Notes: generated from the sequence alone by a model not told the origin. 64,000 nt of DNA from Octopus sinensis (GCF_006345805.1 NC_043012.1:19406001-19470000); one strand, 5' to 3'; counted from the stretch's first letter, positions 25,797 to 40,094 are shown. Program-made: numbers and translations.

Positions 25797-27547
25797 CATA
25801 CGTGTCTGTATGTATATGAGTCTGTATATGTGTACATGTGCCTGTACGCGCGCGTATGTGTGTGTATTGCAATGCGTATGTATAAGTGCCTAGTAGGCCT
25901 GCATGTTTATTACAAAAAGTATTTTCCACTAGAGTCCTTTAAATACAACTTTCTATGAACAATAAAATATGGCTAATATTACATCATCAAATGTTATATT
26001 TCAACAAATGTAGTAGGTTTATTTCAAAACGCGCTCTGTTTCAAATTGCATTACAGGGAGGTATTGATATCATATCAGACGGAGTAGTCGAATAATCTCA
26101 GGTTATAATGATGATGAATCTATTTCCTGTAATGCTAAATGTTTATTATACTTATTCGAATATGAACGATAAGTTGTAGCCATATATGATTTATTGTAAA
26201 CAATGAAATATACACATTGGACCGGCCGTTCCCGAATCTCTTTTGAATCACACGATGCTTGAAAGAAAACATTTTCATTCACCATGACAATAGATTTTAA
26301 CTCTTGGATGTACATTTATTACCTACTGCAAACGCTTACATCTAATGTAATCTGCGTTGTATAAGTGATAACTGGCGTTCAATAGGTTATTATTAATCAT
26401 AAATAATGTATCGGATGAAGAGAAAGGAACACTCAAGACCATATGCATTAAATATAATGAGTCGTTAATTAACACTTAGACTAAATTTCAACTGCTACCC
26501 CGAGAAACGTTTTGAAGCTAAATTGTAAAATTATATTCTTTAGTAAGCTTCACAATAGGGAATATATTAACCGGTTGCCAAGAGGTCTTTCCGTGTCACC
26601 AACTTTTATATGGAAGACAAACTTACAACAGGTTTGACAGAATTTCAGAAGACTACCAAAACGTGATATTGCTTAGATATTTGAAAGTAAGCCTTGCAAA
26701 TAATCTTGTCAAAGTTTGCTCCAACGGCAACTCAAAGGTGGGAATGTATGCTGTACGTGTGTAAGCACCATTAGAGTTTTAGTCATGAAAACGCTGTCAG
26801 TTCTATAGGTAGTGGGCTCTAAACGGATGCATGTGGTAGCATCTTTGAGCACACACAGCCATATAGAAAACTTTCAACAGCATGAGTTTTGGATCCTCTC
26901 TCTTTCTCTCATTCTCTCTCTATTTCTCTATTTCTTTTTCTCACTCTTTATCTCTCTCTTTCTCCCTCTCTATCTCTCTCATTCTGTCTCTCACTCTTGG
27001 TCTCACACATATATACACTACATACAAACAATTCAATTAATAGTAGTATAGAAAACAAATACTCGATCAAATGAAAGAATATATTAAATATTCACGAGAC
27101 ACAAATGTGATCTACAATATAGCTGCTCTTAGAGAAATAACGAAGAGCGATAAGGAAGTGTAAAGTGTATAATAAAAAAAAGGAAACAAGTAAAGCTTGG
27201 TGTGAAGATAGGAATGGGTTGTCTCCCTTAGTTCAGTGAGAAAGAAAAAATAATGGATAATATGGTTATTTTGGTGGAGTAAGTTAAGCTGGGTAATTAT
27301 GTACTTACCAGAGATGTGTTTCATGTTCTTCTCTGTTTCAGTAACAGCAACTTAATCTGAGACTTGCATTTAATGAAAATTTGGGATCAAAAGTTTAGTA
27401 GCTTGAGGGTGACCCACGTGCAGAATGAACATCTTCATGTTGGTGATTTCAATACTTCCGATATCAGGTGTGCTGTATATCATAATGATTATCAATTTGA
27501 AAACGGTCATTTCTCTAGATTTAATTAACTTTGGAGATATACATATG

Positions 27548-27710
27548 TTTTTTTTCTCTCCTTGTTTTTTCTGTGTCGCTTTCTGTAGAAGAGCGTAGGC
27601 TCGAAACGTAAAAGTATTTTTCTATTCCTGAGCGTTATACTAATACATCTGTTTGTTTTGTACACCACCTGCCTTCATCTTTTGTTTTTTTTTTCGTAAA
27701 CTCTCCCTTT
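27548..27710 (+). mobile_element. Short PLE pLTR-like element with HHR-like motif
   Basis: cttt-CTGTAGA-a-GAGC gtag GCTC-GAAACGTA-aaag at 27579-27614; ttcctgagcgt motif follows; related to 13250-13552. Confidence 0.65.
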
Positions 27711-28444
27711 ATATATACATATAGGTGCGTATGTCCTTATATGTTGAAGTGTAGGTGAATACACTAATTGTAATAGATCCAGATTTAATATAAGATAGAA
27801 AATATCTGATTAAATATAGGTGTATAAGGATAAAGTGAAGATCGGCACTTAACATCTTTTATTCTGCAATTAATCTTTCACTCACTCACACTTTTCTTGA
27901 AGCTCTCAGTTTCTACCTCCGATTTGAATTAGTTACTTGCAAAGATACATTAATGTAAACACTTCACAACTACCCATCATATTCAGACACGTACACCTAT
28001 ACACTTAAGAGTAATAAGCATAACCACACACACACGCAAACACGTGCACCTCCCCCACACACATACTCACACACTTCTATATAAGCGTCTATGTATATGG
28101 ATATCTACGTCGGTAGATCTTATGGGCAGAAACACACACCCGATTGCACAGACATATGCATGCTTATGTACAATCTTTTGCCTTTCCAGCATTTTATGAT
28201 CAACTTAGTTTCATTTCAGAAGGCGGTGTTCATTAAGTTACTCCTGATTATATAATCTATAAAATTACATTTTATTATGCATAAATAATACAAAACATGA
28301 TCATATTTTGCAATAGATACTTAAATTTATTATTGTCTTGGTTTTATTTTTCTGAGAAATATGTTTTGCTTTGTTTTTTTTCCAGTTATTTCCGCTGCGC
28401 TGTTAAGTCGTTTAGAATTATCGGAGAGAGACTATTTACTATTT

Positions 28445-28690
28445 ACACATACACATACCTACATTCATACATACATACATACATACATGCATACATACAT
28501 GCATACATACATACATACATACATACATACATACATACATACATACATACATACATACATACATACATACATACATACGTATATATATATACATATATAC
28601 ACACATATACATACATACCTACATACATACATACATACATACATACATACATACATACATACATACATACATACATACATACATACATAC
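28445..28690. repeat. (ATAC)n microsatellite
   Basis: Long tetranucleotide array; source of the HTYI/MYVC pseudo-ORFs. Confidence 0.95.
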
Positions 28691-29170
28691 GTACAATTTA
28701 CAATATCATTCACAAAAATGTCAGTCCTGAAATAAACTTAGAAAATTTCTGTTATGGAATACATTCATAAACACCAACTCAAGGATTAAATGGTGGAATA
28801 TTCCCATCAAAATTTCTGTCAGATGTATACAATACTGGCCGGATATTGTTGTTTGGGACTCATGGGAAACATCATGTAACATGAAACAGGTCTGCTGCCC
28901 TGCAGATGCAAATATCTCTTTGAAAATCAATATCTATGGACAACTGCTTCAACACCTCCATCGTCTATATCTATGCTATGAACTCATATTCATACCAATA
29001 ATAATTGGAGCACTACGTTTTCTTAGTAAATATTTAAAGGAGAATCTGGATAAACTGTGATTTTCAGAAAGAAAAATCGACCGGCTTACTCTTACATTCC
29101 AAAACCAATCTGGGAGTGGAAGAATAAAAATGTGCAAGATGTTTCTCTAATTCCAAATGTAAATTCTATG
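28689..29170 (+). mobile_element. Decayed RLE-type non-LTR retrotransposon endonuclease fragment (R4/Dong-like group)
   Basis: Frame 28791-29060 reads WWNIPIK...WPDIVVWD...VCCPADANIS...FIPIIIGAL, the PD-(D/E)xK restriction-like endonuclease signature. Confidence 0.75.
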
Positions 29171-29309
29171 TTAACTACATCTCAAAGATTGGGACTTGTA
29201 TCTTTGAGGGAAATAGGTTCCCTCCTCGGTAGAAGATCTATAATAATTGAAACGTACATTGAAATGTACATAAACACTTACATAGTTGCATATAATTATA
29301 TACACACAC

Positions 29310-29515
29310 ACACGACCGCGTGTGTACCGTTGGCGATGTTTTCCTCCGTCTTCCCTTCCTTGGATCTTTCCTTTTCCTATGTTCCTGACGAAGAGCTCCG
29401 CTCGAAACGTTAAATCCTCCTTCTCTCTTTCCATTCCTGAGCGTCCAATAACACTATAGTTGTTCCTCGTCCTCGCGTTGTGTTTTCTCTTTGTGCTTTC
29501 ATGTTTGGTTTAAAC
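29310..29515 (+). mobile_element. Short PLE pLTR-like element with HHR-like motif
   Basis: CTGACGA-a-GAGC tcc GCTC-GAAACGTT at 29385-29411, then ttcctgagcgt as in the 13250 and 27548 copies. Confidence 0.65.
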
Positions 29516-29567
29516 AGCGGTGATGTAATTCCATTACGGGACTGTCACGTTATGTTGACAGTATATA

Positions 29568-29604
<37 letters not shown>

Positions 29605-29608
<4 letters not shown>

Positions 29609-29797
29609 TATTTACATTATTTACATTGTTTACACTATTTACATTTGACGGATATTTGTCCTCATCTTGTTTAGTGTTAACGTTTCGGCTGATATACCCT
29701 ACAGCACTCATAAGGTGTCTTGGGGGTAATTTCGAACCTGCATTCTCATTCTTAAGGCATTTTTCGATGTTGTTGTTATTATTATTTTTTAATTATG

Positions 29798-29866
<69 letters not shown>

Positions 29867-29906
29867 ATTATTATTATTATTATTGTTGTTGTTGTTGTTG
29901 TTGTTG

Positions 29907-29945
<39 letters not shown>

Positions 29946-29999
29946 TTGTGTTAACAATAAACAAGATGAGGACAATTCCTCATCTTTTAAATATAGAAA
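29605..29999 (-). mobile_element. Headless copy of the tRNA-head/hammerhead element with a short inverted tail
   Basis: Minus-strand tail, degenerate HHR and (ATT/GTT)n to tcaggt (29946), then a plus-strand tail piece gttgtgttaacaataaacaagatgaggac...aaatatagaa. Confidence 0.8.
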
Positions 30000-30004
30000 T
30001 GTAT

Positions 30005-30042
<38 letters not shown>

Positions 30043-30083
30043 ATATATATATATTGATAGATATATAGATAAATAGATAGATG

Positions 30084-30161
<78 letters not shown>

Positions 30162-30822
30162 TTAAAATAAAAATGAAAAGCAAAAGATTTGTCACCACTG
30201 GAATAAAATTTTAATTAGCAGAATATAAACACATACACACACACAAATGTGTGTGTGTGTGTCTTTAGTGCACATAAAAACATAAAAGCTTCCCGTGAGG
30301 AAGTGTATATGTCAGCAATATGTATAGAATCGTATGATTCTTTTGATATTCTTGTTCTCATCGGACCTGTTTGTTCCAAAGCAAAGTTACAAGAAAAACG
30401 ATTATCATCAAAGACAAGGAACCATTAACAACAGAAACGCGTAGAATTTGTTTTACTAAGAAACAGGATTTGAATTCGAGAAAATGAAGTCAGTTTTACA
30501 AATGGAATTTATTCTTGAATCAATGAGTTGAGGTGGAATTTTTATTGCAGAAATAAACATTTTTATACATTTCCTTTCTTTATAAGCCGTTAACGAATAG
30601 ACTGGATTAAAATGAACTAAATAAAGATTTAAGTAGTATAAACTGGGAGGGTGTAAACTCTGGCTTTTCCTCTTTTTCTTTTCTTTTATTCTGCCCCCTG
30701 ACGAAGGAATGCATCCAAACCGTGGTTACTCCACTCCTCATTGCAAGATCACTGTACCCTTTTCCCTTCTTTCCATATATATTGTTGCTTATATATATAT
30801 ATATAGAGAGAGAGAGAGGGAG

Positions 30823-30891
<69 letters not shown>

Positions 30892-30917
30892 TATGGATAG
30901 ATAGATGGATAGATAGA

Positions 30918-31222
30918 TACGAGGTTGAGTCAAAAAGTAATGCCATTTTGTTTAGGATAGGTATAATTACCAACACGAAAGTGTATCATACAGCAAGATG
31001 AAACTGGTCCTCTGTGGATCACATCCCTACTTCTCAACATAGTCAACGTTACTCTGAAAAGAAATGTTCTACCTTCGAGTGAGAACATGTATCTCTGCCC
31101 CGTAAAATTCTAACTGTTCTTTGAGCTACTTCTTCACTACAGTTTTCCATTCCTTTTCACTGGAATAATTTAGCGCCTTCAGACTCTCACCTCTTCGGCC
31201 CCATCAAAGGGGGTTTTAGAGA
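30918..31222 (-). mobile_element. mariner transposon 3' end with TIR, internally rearranged
   Basis: TA-cgaggttgagtcaaaaagt terminus; minus translation KTVVKK*LKEQ...EFY...DYVEK*; adjacent plus-strand LAPSDSHLFGP (31170-31202). Confidence 0.7.
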
Positions 31223-32429
31223 CATGCATATTATACACGCACATATATAATATTGAGGCCAACCAAATAGAAACATATTTTTTTAACAGAATCCCATGTA
31301 TTGTACAATTCATTCAATTCAAGTTGTTCAAGAGTGTCAACACCAATAGAAAACACCAATGTTATTCTCATTCTCAAAACATTTCTGCCATCGAATGTAA
31401 CAGCTTGTATAATTCTATTATACTATATGCCCTTTGTTACTTCGAAGTTTAATCAATCTTGCTGCCACTATACATTTCGTTTGTTAATAAATCTCTACCC
31501 TACATACTACTTGACCATATGTTTACAGATTATTAGATACAAAGGTTATAAGATACACATTTTCGGTTTGTATTATATTGTTATTAGAAAAAAAAAGTGT
31601 TTCATATGTTATTAAAACACTAGGTTATAAACAAGCAAATCTATATGTCACTTGCTCTCGAGAAACTTGCCAGTTCTGAAACACAAAAACCAATATTTGA
31701 AGAGACATAAACAATTTCTCTAAGACTTCACTTTGACAAAAGTACTAATTAACTAATCGAATATCAGACGAAGTGCAGAGAAGGGGTGGTTAAAGAAAAT
31801 ATCAAGTTCCTGCTCCTCTAAAAATTATTTCGTATGTTGTTATAATATTAGGGTAACATTCCAGTGTAGCGCAATCCCCGACTCTTTATTTTACGAGTAA
31901 AAACAAAGACGGTACTTCAAAAGGATCGTTTGGAAAGCCCAAAAAATAAAACGTAGAACGGTTTTTTTGCAAGAATATTGCTGTTTGTCTCATATCAATA
32001 AGTTCCGAGAGTCGCATATACATACATACTTATAGACATTTTAAAATGCTCAGAGAAAAGGAAACCAATTGCCATATAAAGTATAAATTGACCTTGTGCC
32101 AAAATGTGAAGCCAATATCAAGTTTATATGGAAAAGATATTCAAAGGCAGAAATTCACTTAGCACGGAAAGCACGTTTTATACGAGATCAAATACACGGC
32201 AGCAAAACAGATAACTTTTTTCCTAATGGACAGCGAAAGTAGTGATTGTCCCAGAAGTCACAGATACGTAAGCATTCTTCCATGCATATTGATAAATGTG
32301 AAAACTTAAAATATGAGATACAAACATAATAATACCGAAAACACAACAACAAATGAATGTACCCGTGTCGTAAATTACCACTAAATCTAAATAATATCCA
32401 TATTAACGTACTCATACACAAACATATAT

Positions 32430-32439
32430 TTATATATAT

Positions 32440-32522
<83 letters not shown>

Positions 32523-32586
32523 CATGTATACATGTATATATATATGTATAATACAAATATATATATATTCATATATACATAGATAC

Positions 32587-32670
<84 letters not shown>
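32430..32670. repeat. (TA)n-dominated microsatellite
   Basis: Direct inspection. Confidence 0.95.
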
Positions 32671-33989
32671 AAAACACATATTATTCTCTTTTCACATAAA
32701 TGTGTCAATAAAAATTATATTTCATAATTGGAAATATCAATTTCTGGATTATATATATTCTTTCAAAGCAAAAGAATGAAAAACATAAAAGAAATAAATG
32801 TGCTGCTTCATTTCTGGCACGTCAAGCTACGTTGGTAATAGCGATTAGACGTTTAAACATGTTTTAGGAATTATGATTTATTACTTTATTGCTATTTAGC
32901 AATTTATCTTTGTCTTTGTTTAACAAATAAGTCTATTGATGCTTCGCTGACTAGCGCTGCAACAATTTATGTTGTTTCTGTGTCATTAGACAAACGTATG
33001 TATATATTTTATAACTACAAGCACTTACATGTAGGTAATGATAAATATATTAAATGGAATTCCTCACAATATCGTCATAACATCCATCAGTGTGATCAAA
33101 GGCATCAAAATTACTGTTTATGGATTTCAAAGTACAGAACTTTAAACGATAATCCGATTTAAGTAAACATGTGTCTAAATCAGACATAATATCCACTGAA
33201 TTTCATGATAAAAGGAATGTACATTTGTTATCAAATGTAGACATATCTTCGGATATTTTTCTAAATGTTTCTTGTAAAATTCTATATAAACTGAAACATT
33301 GATTCTATATAAACTGATCGTGTGCTGAAAATGCATTGTTTAAATATTAGTAGACAGAAAAGGGCGGCAAGCTGGCAGAATATAGATGTTTTCGATCCAA
33401 GTTGGATTCTTTGCCATCAAATTTGAATTCTTTGCAATCAAATTTCAATTTTTCAAGTGCCTGTCTGCCTCTTCTCCGTTTATATATTGCGAGTAGGGAC
33501 GATTGACGGCCATCTCTATCAGGCAGATGTCCAGTACCAATGAAGAGTAAAGACCCACAAACCATGGTCTACTGGTATTGGCAACGTTGTAGGGAGTGAT
33601 TTGCTCCCTTACTCACAGTATATCAGACACAGGTTGTGCGTCGTTCACCATCTGAAAAAGACGTTTTCCTGGCGTAAAAATATAGTAACATTGTTCTTAT
33701 AGAGTAGCCATTTTATAGTGGCAAGAAAACATCGTGATCGAAATATATGAAAGGTATCTGTACTTGTGTATATCTGTGTATTTGTGTATAAATATGTGTT
33801 ATAATGTGGATCCCCATCCAGTTGTATGTTATTGTCGGTACTGTAATATTCTTGTCACCACTGTTAAGTTGTGAGGGTATTCCGCGTCCTATTACCTTTG
33901 ACTCGTCTATCGTGCCAACGATGATAGCTGCGCAAGACAGCGATTTCGATACAATTGCCTTGACTGATAACTGGGACAAACCCTTTGTA

Positions 33990-34823
33990 GTTCGATCTTC
34001 CGCCGCTAGAAGCCAATTCATACGACACTCCTGGTAGCCGACGGGCGTCACCCGGTGGAATCGCTCTGCCACACTTGCTGTGTCTTTGTTTTGCAGTGCT
34101 TCTTCTCTGTTTCAGCGATTTCCCGATGCCTGAAATGAAGGAACAATGTCCTTCCGTGAAATGTTGTCCTTGTGCGGAAAACAGCAGCCGAAACAATTCT
34201 CATGCTTCCAACAGCTTACAAGGACGCTGTCATGAGCAAAACACAAGTTTACCAGTGGCTTTTATACTGTGGGAATGGTCACCAGTCACTTGAAGACCAA
34301 CCTCATTGAAGACGAACATCGACCTCCCGAACGAATAAAAACATCATGGAAATTCACGAACTGACGGTGCAGTGCTGTGGCCAGAAAATTCACGAACTTG
34401 TTGATACGACTGATGTGTCTTGCAGCCCCTGCTAACAAATTTCGGGCAGCGAATTGCAAATGAAATGACTTCCAGCGAAACCTGTGCCTCGCTTGCTCAT
34501 GGAACTTAAAAAGCAGTCACAACAGAATGCGTGTCATGAACTGACAGAAGAGTTGGATGTTGATCCGGATCCTTCCTCGAAGGACATCACTGGTGACGAA
34601 AGCTGATGCAACATTTGCAAATGTGGAAGAGGTTAAGAATAACAAAACGACGGGGGCATCACTTCGCAAGAGATCCAGGGCAGCTTCGACCAGTGGGAAA
34701 CGTGTCTCGGGCGATGCATTGCTCCAAATGGAGAATAAATTGAAGGCGATAACAGTGTGGACATGTAAAACTAAATAAAATAATATTGAACAAATTCCGG
34801 TTTATTTTGGGCACACTATCGTA
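33990..34823 (+). mobile_element. Internally deleted mariner transposon relic
   Basis: N-terminal KTAAETILML..AYKDAVMSKTQVYQW; C-terminal FANVEEVK...FDQWETCLGRCIAPNGE*IEGD; TIR-like end ccggtttattttgggcacactatcg-TA. Left edge uncertain. Confidence 0.7.
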
Positions 34824-35570
34824 TATACTGCATATGTTAGTGCAGCTATACATTTATATGAATATACGTGCATCTTTGCATATATACATTTATATATACA
34901 GGAATGTAAATAGAAGGGCTGAAAAAACAGTCGAACGTGCTGGCCTTGTTCCAAATCGTGAAATCCTTGTATTTGTTAGTAAATGTTTACAACACAGAAA
35001 CATTCATAAGCAGACATATTCATCCATAAACCCTTGTAAAATACTCCAGGTTTACATCAAAGTATAAAATATAACTACTGCCGTGAAATTTTGCCGAGTT
35101 GATAATGCTACCATCACAGACAGGATAAATCAAAAAGCAGAATATTGTCAACAGAAAGATGCTCTCTCTCCACATTAACAGAAGCAAGCCAAATTGAATA
35201 TAGTATGTCAGAAACCAAAGTTATTTGTTCAAAAAACAGATTTGTCGCTATGATCATACGTATGAATCATATGAAAGTTGACACATATAATATCAGTCGG
35301 CGACTGACAACTTTTCTTTGACAAGATGTTTTAGATGTTGAACGGATAAATTAGGATATATGTTATCTTGCTGCAGATGTATTCATTCAAAAACAGACTC
35401 TCTTTCAATGTAACGTCTTCGGTAGCTACACTGCGTTTTATGCTCCCCCACCAAAGTACAAGATAAATATTCATTTACATCTGGTGCACACGCTAGTGTA
35501 CACACAAATATGCACACAAACATGAACATACACACACACACTCATATATATATATATATATATAATATAT

Positions 35571-35603
<33 letters not shown>

Positions 35604-35700
35604 TGATAAAACGGTAAGATAACAAAAGAAGAAAGAGACCTCAATAGTATGTAAATAGAGGAAATTTATCTATACAATATGTTACATTACTCGGTAGTCA

Positions 35701-35763
35701 AGATAAAACTCTGAGTTTCAGATGCCGAAGTGGAAATCCACAACACCATCTCTTCGGTTATCT
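35701..35763 (-). ncRNA. Type I hammerhead-like motif in a short repeat
   Basis: Minus strand agataa-CCGAAGA-gatg...gtgga/tccac...catc-t-GAAA-CTCAGAG-TT-ttatct: 6-bp stem I, long stem II, one core substitution. Confidence 0.55.
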
Positions 35764-35944
35764 GGCTATTTGAAAACGTTATGAAAAAATACCGTTAAAA
35801 ATGAAGGGAAATTACTGTTATAACTCTGCTTTGCCTGCGTACTTATACATCGCTCGCATTTTTCGTCATAAAAATTATATAAAAATACATAAAAATATAT
35901 AAAAATATATAAAATCTTCTTGGGACATATGTGTGTGTGTGTGT

Positions 35945-36180
35945 GTGTGTGCGTATGTGTGTGTGTGTGCTTCTTGTCTCTGTTTGTCCTCGCACCATCG
36001 CTTGACACCCGATGCTGGTGCGCTTCCGTCAGAGTAACCTTGCGGTTCGACAAATGAGACCAATAGAATAAGTAATAGGCTTATAAAGAAGAAGTCCGTG
36101 GATCGATTTGTTCGACTAAAGACGTTGCTCCAGCATGGCCGCAGTCAAATGAATGAAACAGATAAAAGAATAAAAGAAAA
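35945..36180 (+). mobile_element. SINE family 1, 3' half
   Basis: cgatgctggtg...gcggttcgacaaatgagaccaatagaataagta...ctccagcatggccgcagtcaaatg matches 14590-14750. Confidence 0.8.
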
Positions 36181-36929
36181 GGAATATATTTATACACATA
36201 TGTTGACACTCACAGAAACTCACACATGCACAGGCATATATATGCACACACACAAACACACACAGACACACACGAACACGCACACACACACATATACATA
36301 CATATATAGTGATATATATATATATATATATATACATACACATATATATATATGCACACACATACACACACACGCACATACATACATACATATATATATA
36401 TTTTTTTATGTGTGTGTGTATGTATGTACGTGTGTGTGTGTATGTGTGTGCATATATATAAATGTATACATGCATAGACATATATATTCATATATAATAT
36501 AGACGAATAGAGCGTTGTTACTAAATTAATTCCTTGTTGAGCTGCGACAATAATATTAGGAGAGAACTAACGTCAAAATGTATATCTTCCATATGTAACG
36601 TAAGTTAGGCGGCAACTAACTGGTAAGATTGCTAATGAAAATGGATGATGCTTTTTATTGACTAAATTTGTGAAGCGCATAACTTTCGTGATTTATGTGT
36701 TATTAGAATTCTTTGAGATATGATACGTTTTCCACAGTTATTTGTTCATTGTTGCGTTTAGTTCGAACGAAGAAAAAAAGACACCCAGCTAATGGCGTTT
36801 ATGATGGCAACAAAAATAGCAATTGAAATATCATAAAGACTTATCATCTTAAATACTTGTCATCGTTAACACGTCGGGCAAAAAAATATTTCAATAAGCC
36901 TCTCCAGAGTATACAAATTATATGTGTGT

Positions 36930-36957
36930 ACGAGCATAGATACATACTCACATACAA

Positions 36958-37001
<44 letters not shown>

Positions 37002-37339
37002 CATATATACACACATATATGGATGCAAGTTCACCAAACACACACATACACATATCTCTGTATGTATACTATGGATGTGAATAAATATGTTTGTGTAACT
37101 GTATATAAATGTATGTTCATCTATATGTCATTGTATGACATGCATACAAACAGATGTATGTATATATATATATATATTATATATATATATATACATATAT
37201 GTACGTATGTATATATATATATACACATATATCTATTATGTACATATACATACTTGTATGTGTATGTATATACGCATATATATCTATATATGTATATATA
37301 TATATATATATCTATATATGTATATATGTATATATATAC

Positions 37340-37370
<31 letters not shown>

Positions 37371-37414
37371 CATACATGTATGTGTGTGTATATACGCACA
37401 TATACCTATATATG

Positions 37415-37471
<57 letters not shown>

Positions 37472-37652
37472 ATATACATGTCTGTATTTATATTTGTATA
37501 TACATATGCATGTATACGTATATAAATATACATATATAAGAATGGAAGTCTCACTTTTCCATACACACGCACACATCTTTGTGTGTATTATGGGAGTAAA
37601 AAGATATGTTTGTATACCTGTATATAAGTGTGTTCATGTATATGTGATTATA

Positions 37653-37692
<40 letters not shown>

Positions 37693-37830
37693 AATATATA
37701 TGCACGCACACACAGAGCAAGAAGAATGCACTCACACACACACACACACACACATACACACATATATGTTTATGTGTATATTTTATGCATATATGTTCGT
37801 ATAAACGTATAGGAACATCTTATGTATAGT
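36930..37830. repeat. Compound (TA)n/(TG)n/(CA)n low-complexity tract
   Basis: Direct inspection; explains the 301-aa Y/I/H/T-rich ORF. Confidence 0.9.
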
Positions 37831-39605
37831 CTTTGTAAATAATGTCTGCTTTTTATCAATAATACATTCCGCTTACTAACAAATTACACAACAGCGACAG
37901 AATCTCTGGCGTTCTTTCAAAACCTTCTTATGTGGCGACCTGTCTACAACACGTAGACTGAATCAAAATTTGGTAAGTATTCTGGTCAATGATCTGCTAT
38001 AATATATCCCATCAGATAATTCGCGAAGCTGTAAAATTCATGGCTCTCTGAATGGGAAGCAGGAATTGCCACTACGTCTTTGTCATTTTCTTTGTTCATA
38101 TATTCTGCTACAGAAGTCCGTGCGGGTCAATGCATTGTGGTTCAATTTCGTAGAGAGAAACCATGTAGAAACGCGCCATATACTGTTGGCGTTGAAGCAT
38201 TTTACATCACCATATCTTCACAACCGAAGTTAGATACTTGTTACCTCTCGGTTGGTTAACCAAACTTCAAACGTATTAATAACTTTACTAACAGAAAATA
38301 ATTACTGGGACTGATTTGATGAAAGAAACCCGTCGGTGCAGTGCTCCATTGCGATTACAGTGAAATTGTTGAATGGCGTAAATACAATTTACAATAGAAA
38401 GTGCATCACTGATTATTATATACATATATGTATGTATACATATACATCGTCCAGATGATGAAAAACACAGAAATGTCGGTCAAATAATGTACGTCATTTC
38501 AAATAAAAAGTAATTTTCGCTGATCTTAAAATTGACTAAAATGCACTTTGTTAAATGAACTCATAACTAGACAAACAGAATTACTATATTGTTGCTTCCA
38601 ATAAATGATAGTCCAATGATATATTTTACAACGAGAATATTTATGTACAACGCTGACATTTCGGACACTGTCGTTCCCGAACGGCTTATAAGCCGCACTA
38701 ATGAGCTTACTGGTTCCTCACAGGGACGAGTAAGTTGCACAGAACATTAGCAATAAACGTGTATATTCAGCAATATTGCATAGGTATTACATTTGTTTAT
38801 AATGGGTATATATCGCCCGACATTTGTGCCAAACATCACTTTGATCCCCGGTAGAATTTGAACTCAAAGGGCAAAATGAGGAAACGAATAACATACAGCG
38901 TTTGCTCGATGTTATAAAGATTCCATTAATCAACCACAACAAATACTTCAATCCATACATCGGTAAAAATTGTTACAGAGGCGCATATAAAATGTAGCAC
39001 TCAAGAGAGCCTCTAAATCCAAATGGGAATACATTATGATATAGCCACCCTCATCATATATCTCTAACAAAATATCTCGAAATATATATATATATATATA
39101 TAATATTATAGCTTTAAGAATATCAAACAAAATTTAACGCAAACAATTAAATACAAAATTAAGGGAAATATAAGCTATTGCTAAACACAAGTAAACACAT
39201 TTTTAACGCCCTCACCTTCTTCTCCGTCGATCCTCGTCGGTCTGAGAAATCGCACTTACTTCACTTACCTTTATCTGGCCTTCTTAAATGTATTTCTAGA
39301 TTCTTAGCGATGGTAACTGTCTTTGTGATTTCTTTTGCGCCTCTGTTATACATTGCGTTTTATAACACTCTGAAAGAGATTGCAGCTAAACAACGGAGGG
39401 TCATATAATGCTCCTCCCTAATTTCTACAGTAGTTTATGATTCTTCTGGTGTGATATTGCAGAGTGTAACACTTCGTTTGATATTTAGGACTCGTTCCCT
39501 TCATCTTGTTGTCAGTTCCCTAGTTTTGTACAAAAAAAAAAAAGATTTTGATAGTAATCCATCGTCTACTCGTTGAATGTAACCGATTCAAGACCTCCTT
39601 AATTT

Positions 39606-40020
39606 ACTCTTACTCTTTACTCTTTTACTTGTTTCAGTCAGTTGACTGTGGCCATGCTGGAGCACCGCCTTTAGTCGAGCAAATCGACCCCGGGACTTAT
39701 TCTTTGGAAGCCCAGTACTTATTCTATCGGTCTCTTTTGCCGAACCGCTAAGTGACGGGGACGTAAACACACCAGCATCGGTTGTAAAGCAATGCTAGAG
39801 GGACAAACACAGACACACAAACATGCACACACACACACATATATATATACATATATACGACGGGCTTCTTTCAGTTTCCGTCTACCAAATCCACTCACAA
39901 GGCATTGGTCGGCCCGGTGCTATAGCAGAAGACACTTGCCCAAGATGCCACGCAGTGGGACTGAACCCGGAACCATGTGGTTGGTTAGCAAGCTACTTAC
40001 CACACAGCCACTCCTGCGCC
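39606..40020 (-). mobile_element. Full-length tRNA-derived SINE family 1
   Basis: Minus strand starts ggcgcaggagtggctgtgtggtaag and is colinear with 14365-14758 through the short-repeat tail. Confidence 0.9.
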
Positions 40021-40094
40021 TATTTGTAATTTGTAATGAAACACATGTTATATGAAAGAGGTCGATCATTTTAAATACCTATTGGTATTGATAA

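Noticed and set aside
27100-27510. Possible LINE APE-endonuclease remnant on the minus strand
   Set aside because: Too degraded; no diagnostic GDFN or SDH motif found.
31250-31480. Possible further mariner 3' end on the minus strand (RWQKCFE-like)
   Set aside because: A single short motif and an uncertain TIR; insufficient support.
36924-37829. 301-aa ORF, the longest in the window
   Set aside because: Translation of (TA)/(TG)/(CA) repeats that lack stop codons; no protein-like content.
38693-38750. CTAATGA followed by a long hairpin (gcttact...agtaagt)
   Set aside because: No GAAA box after the hairpin; not counted as an HHR.
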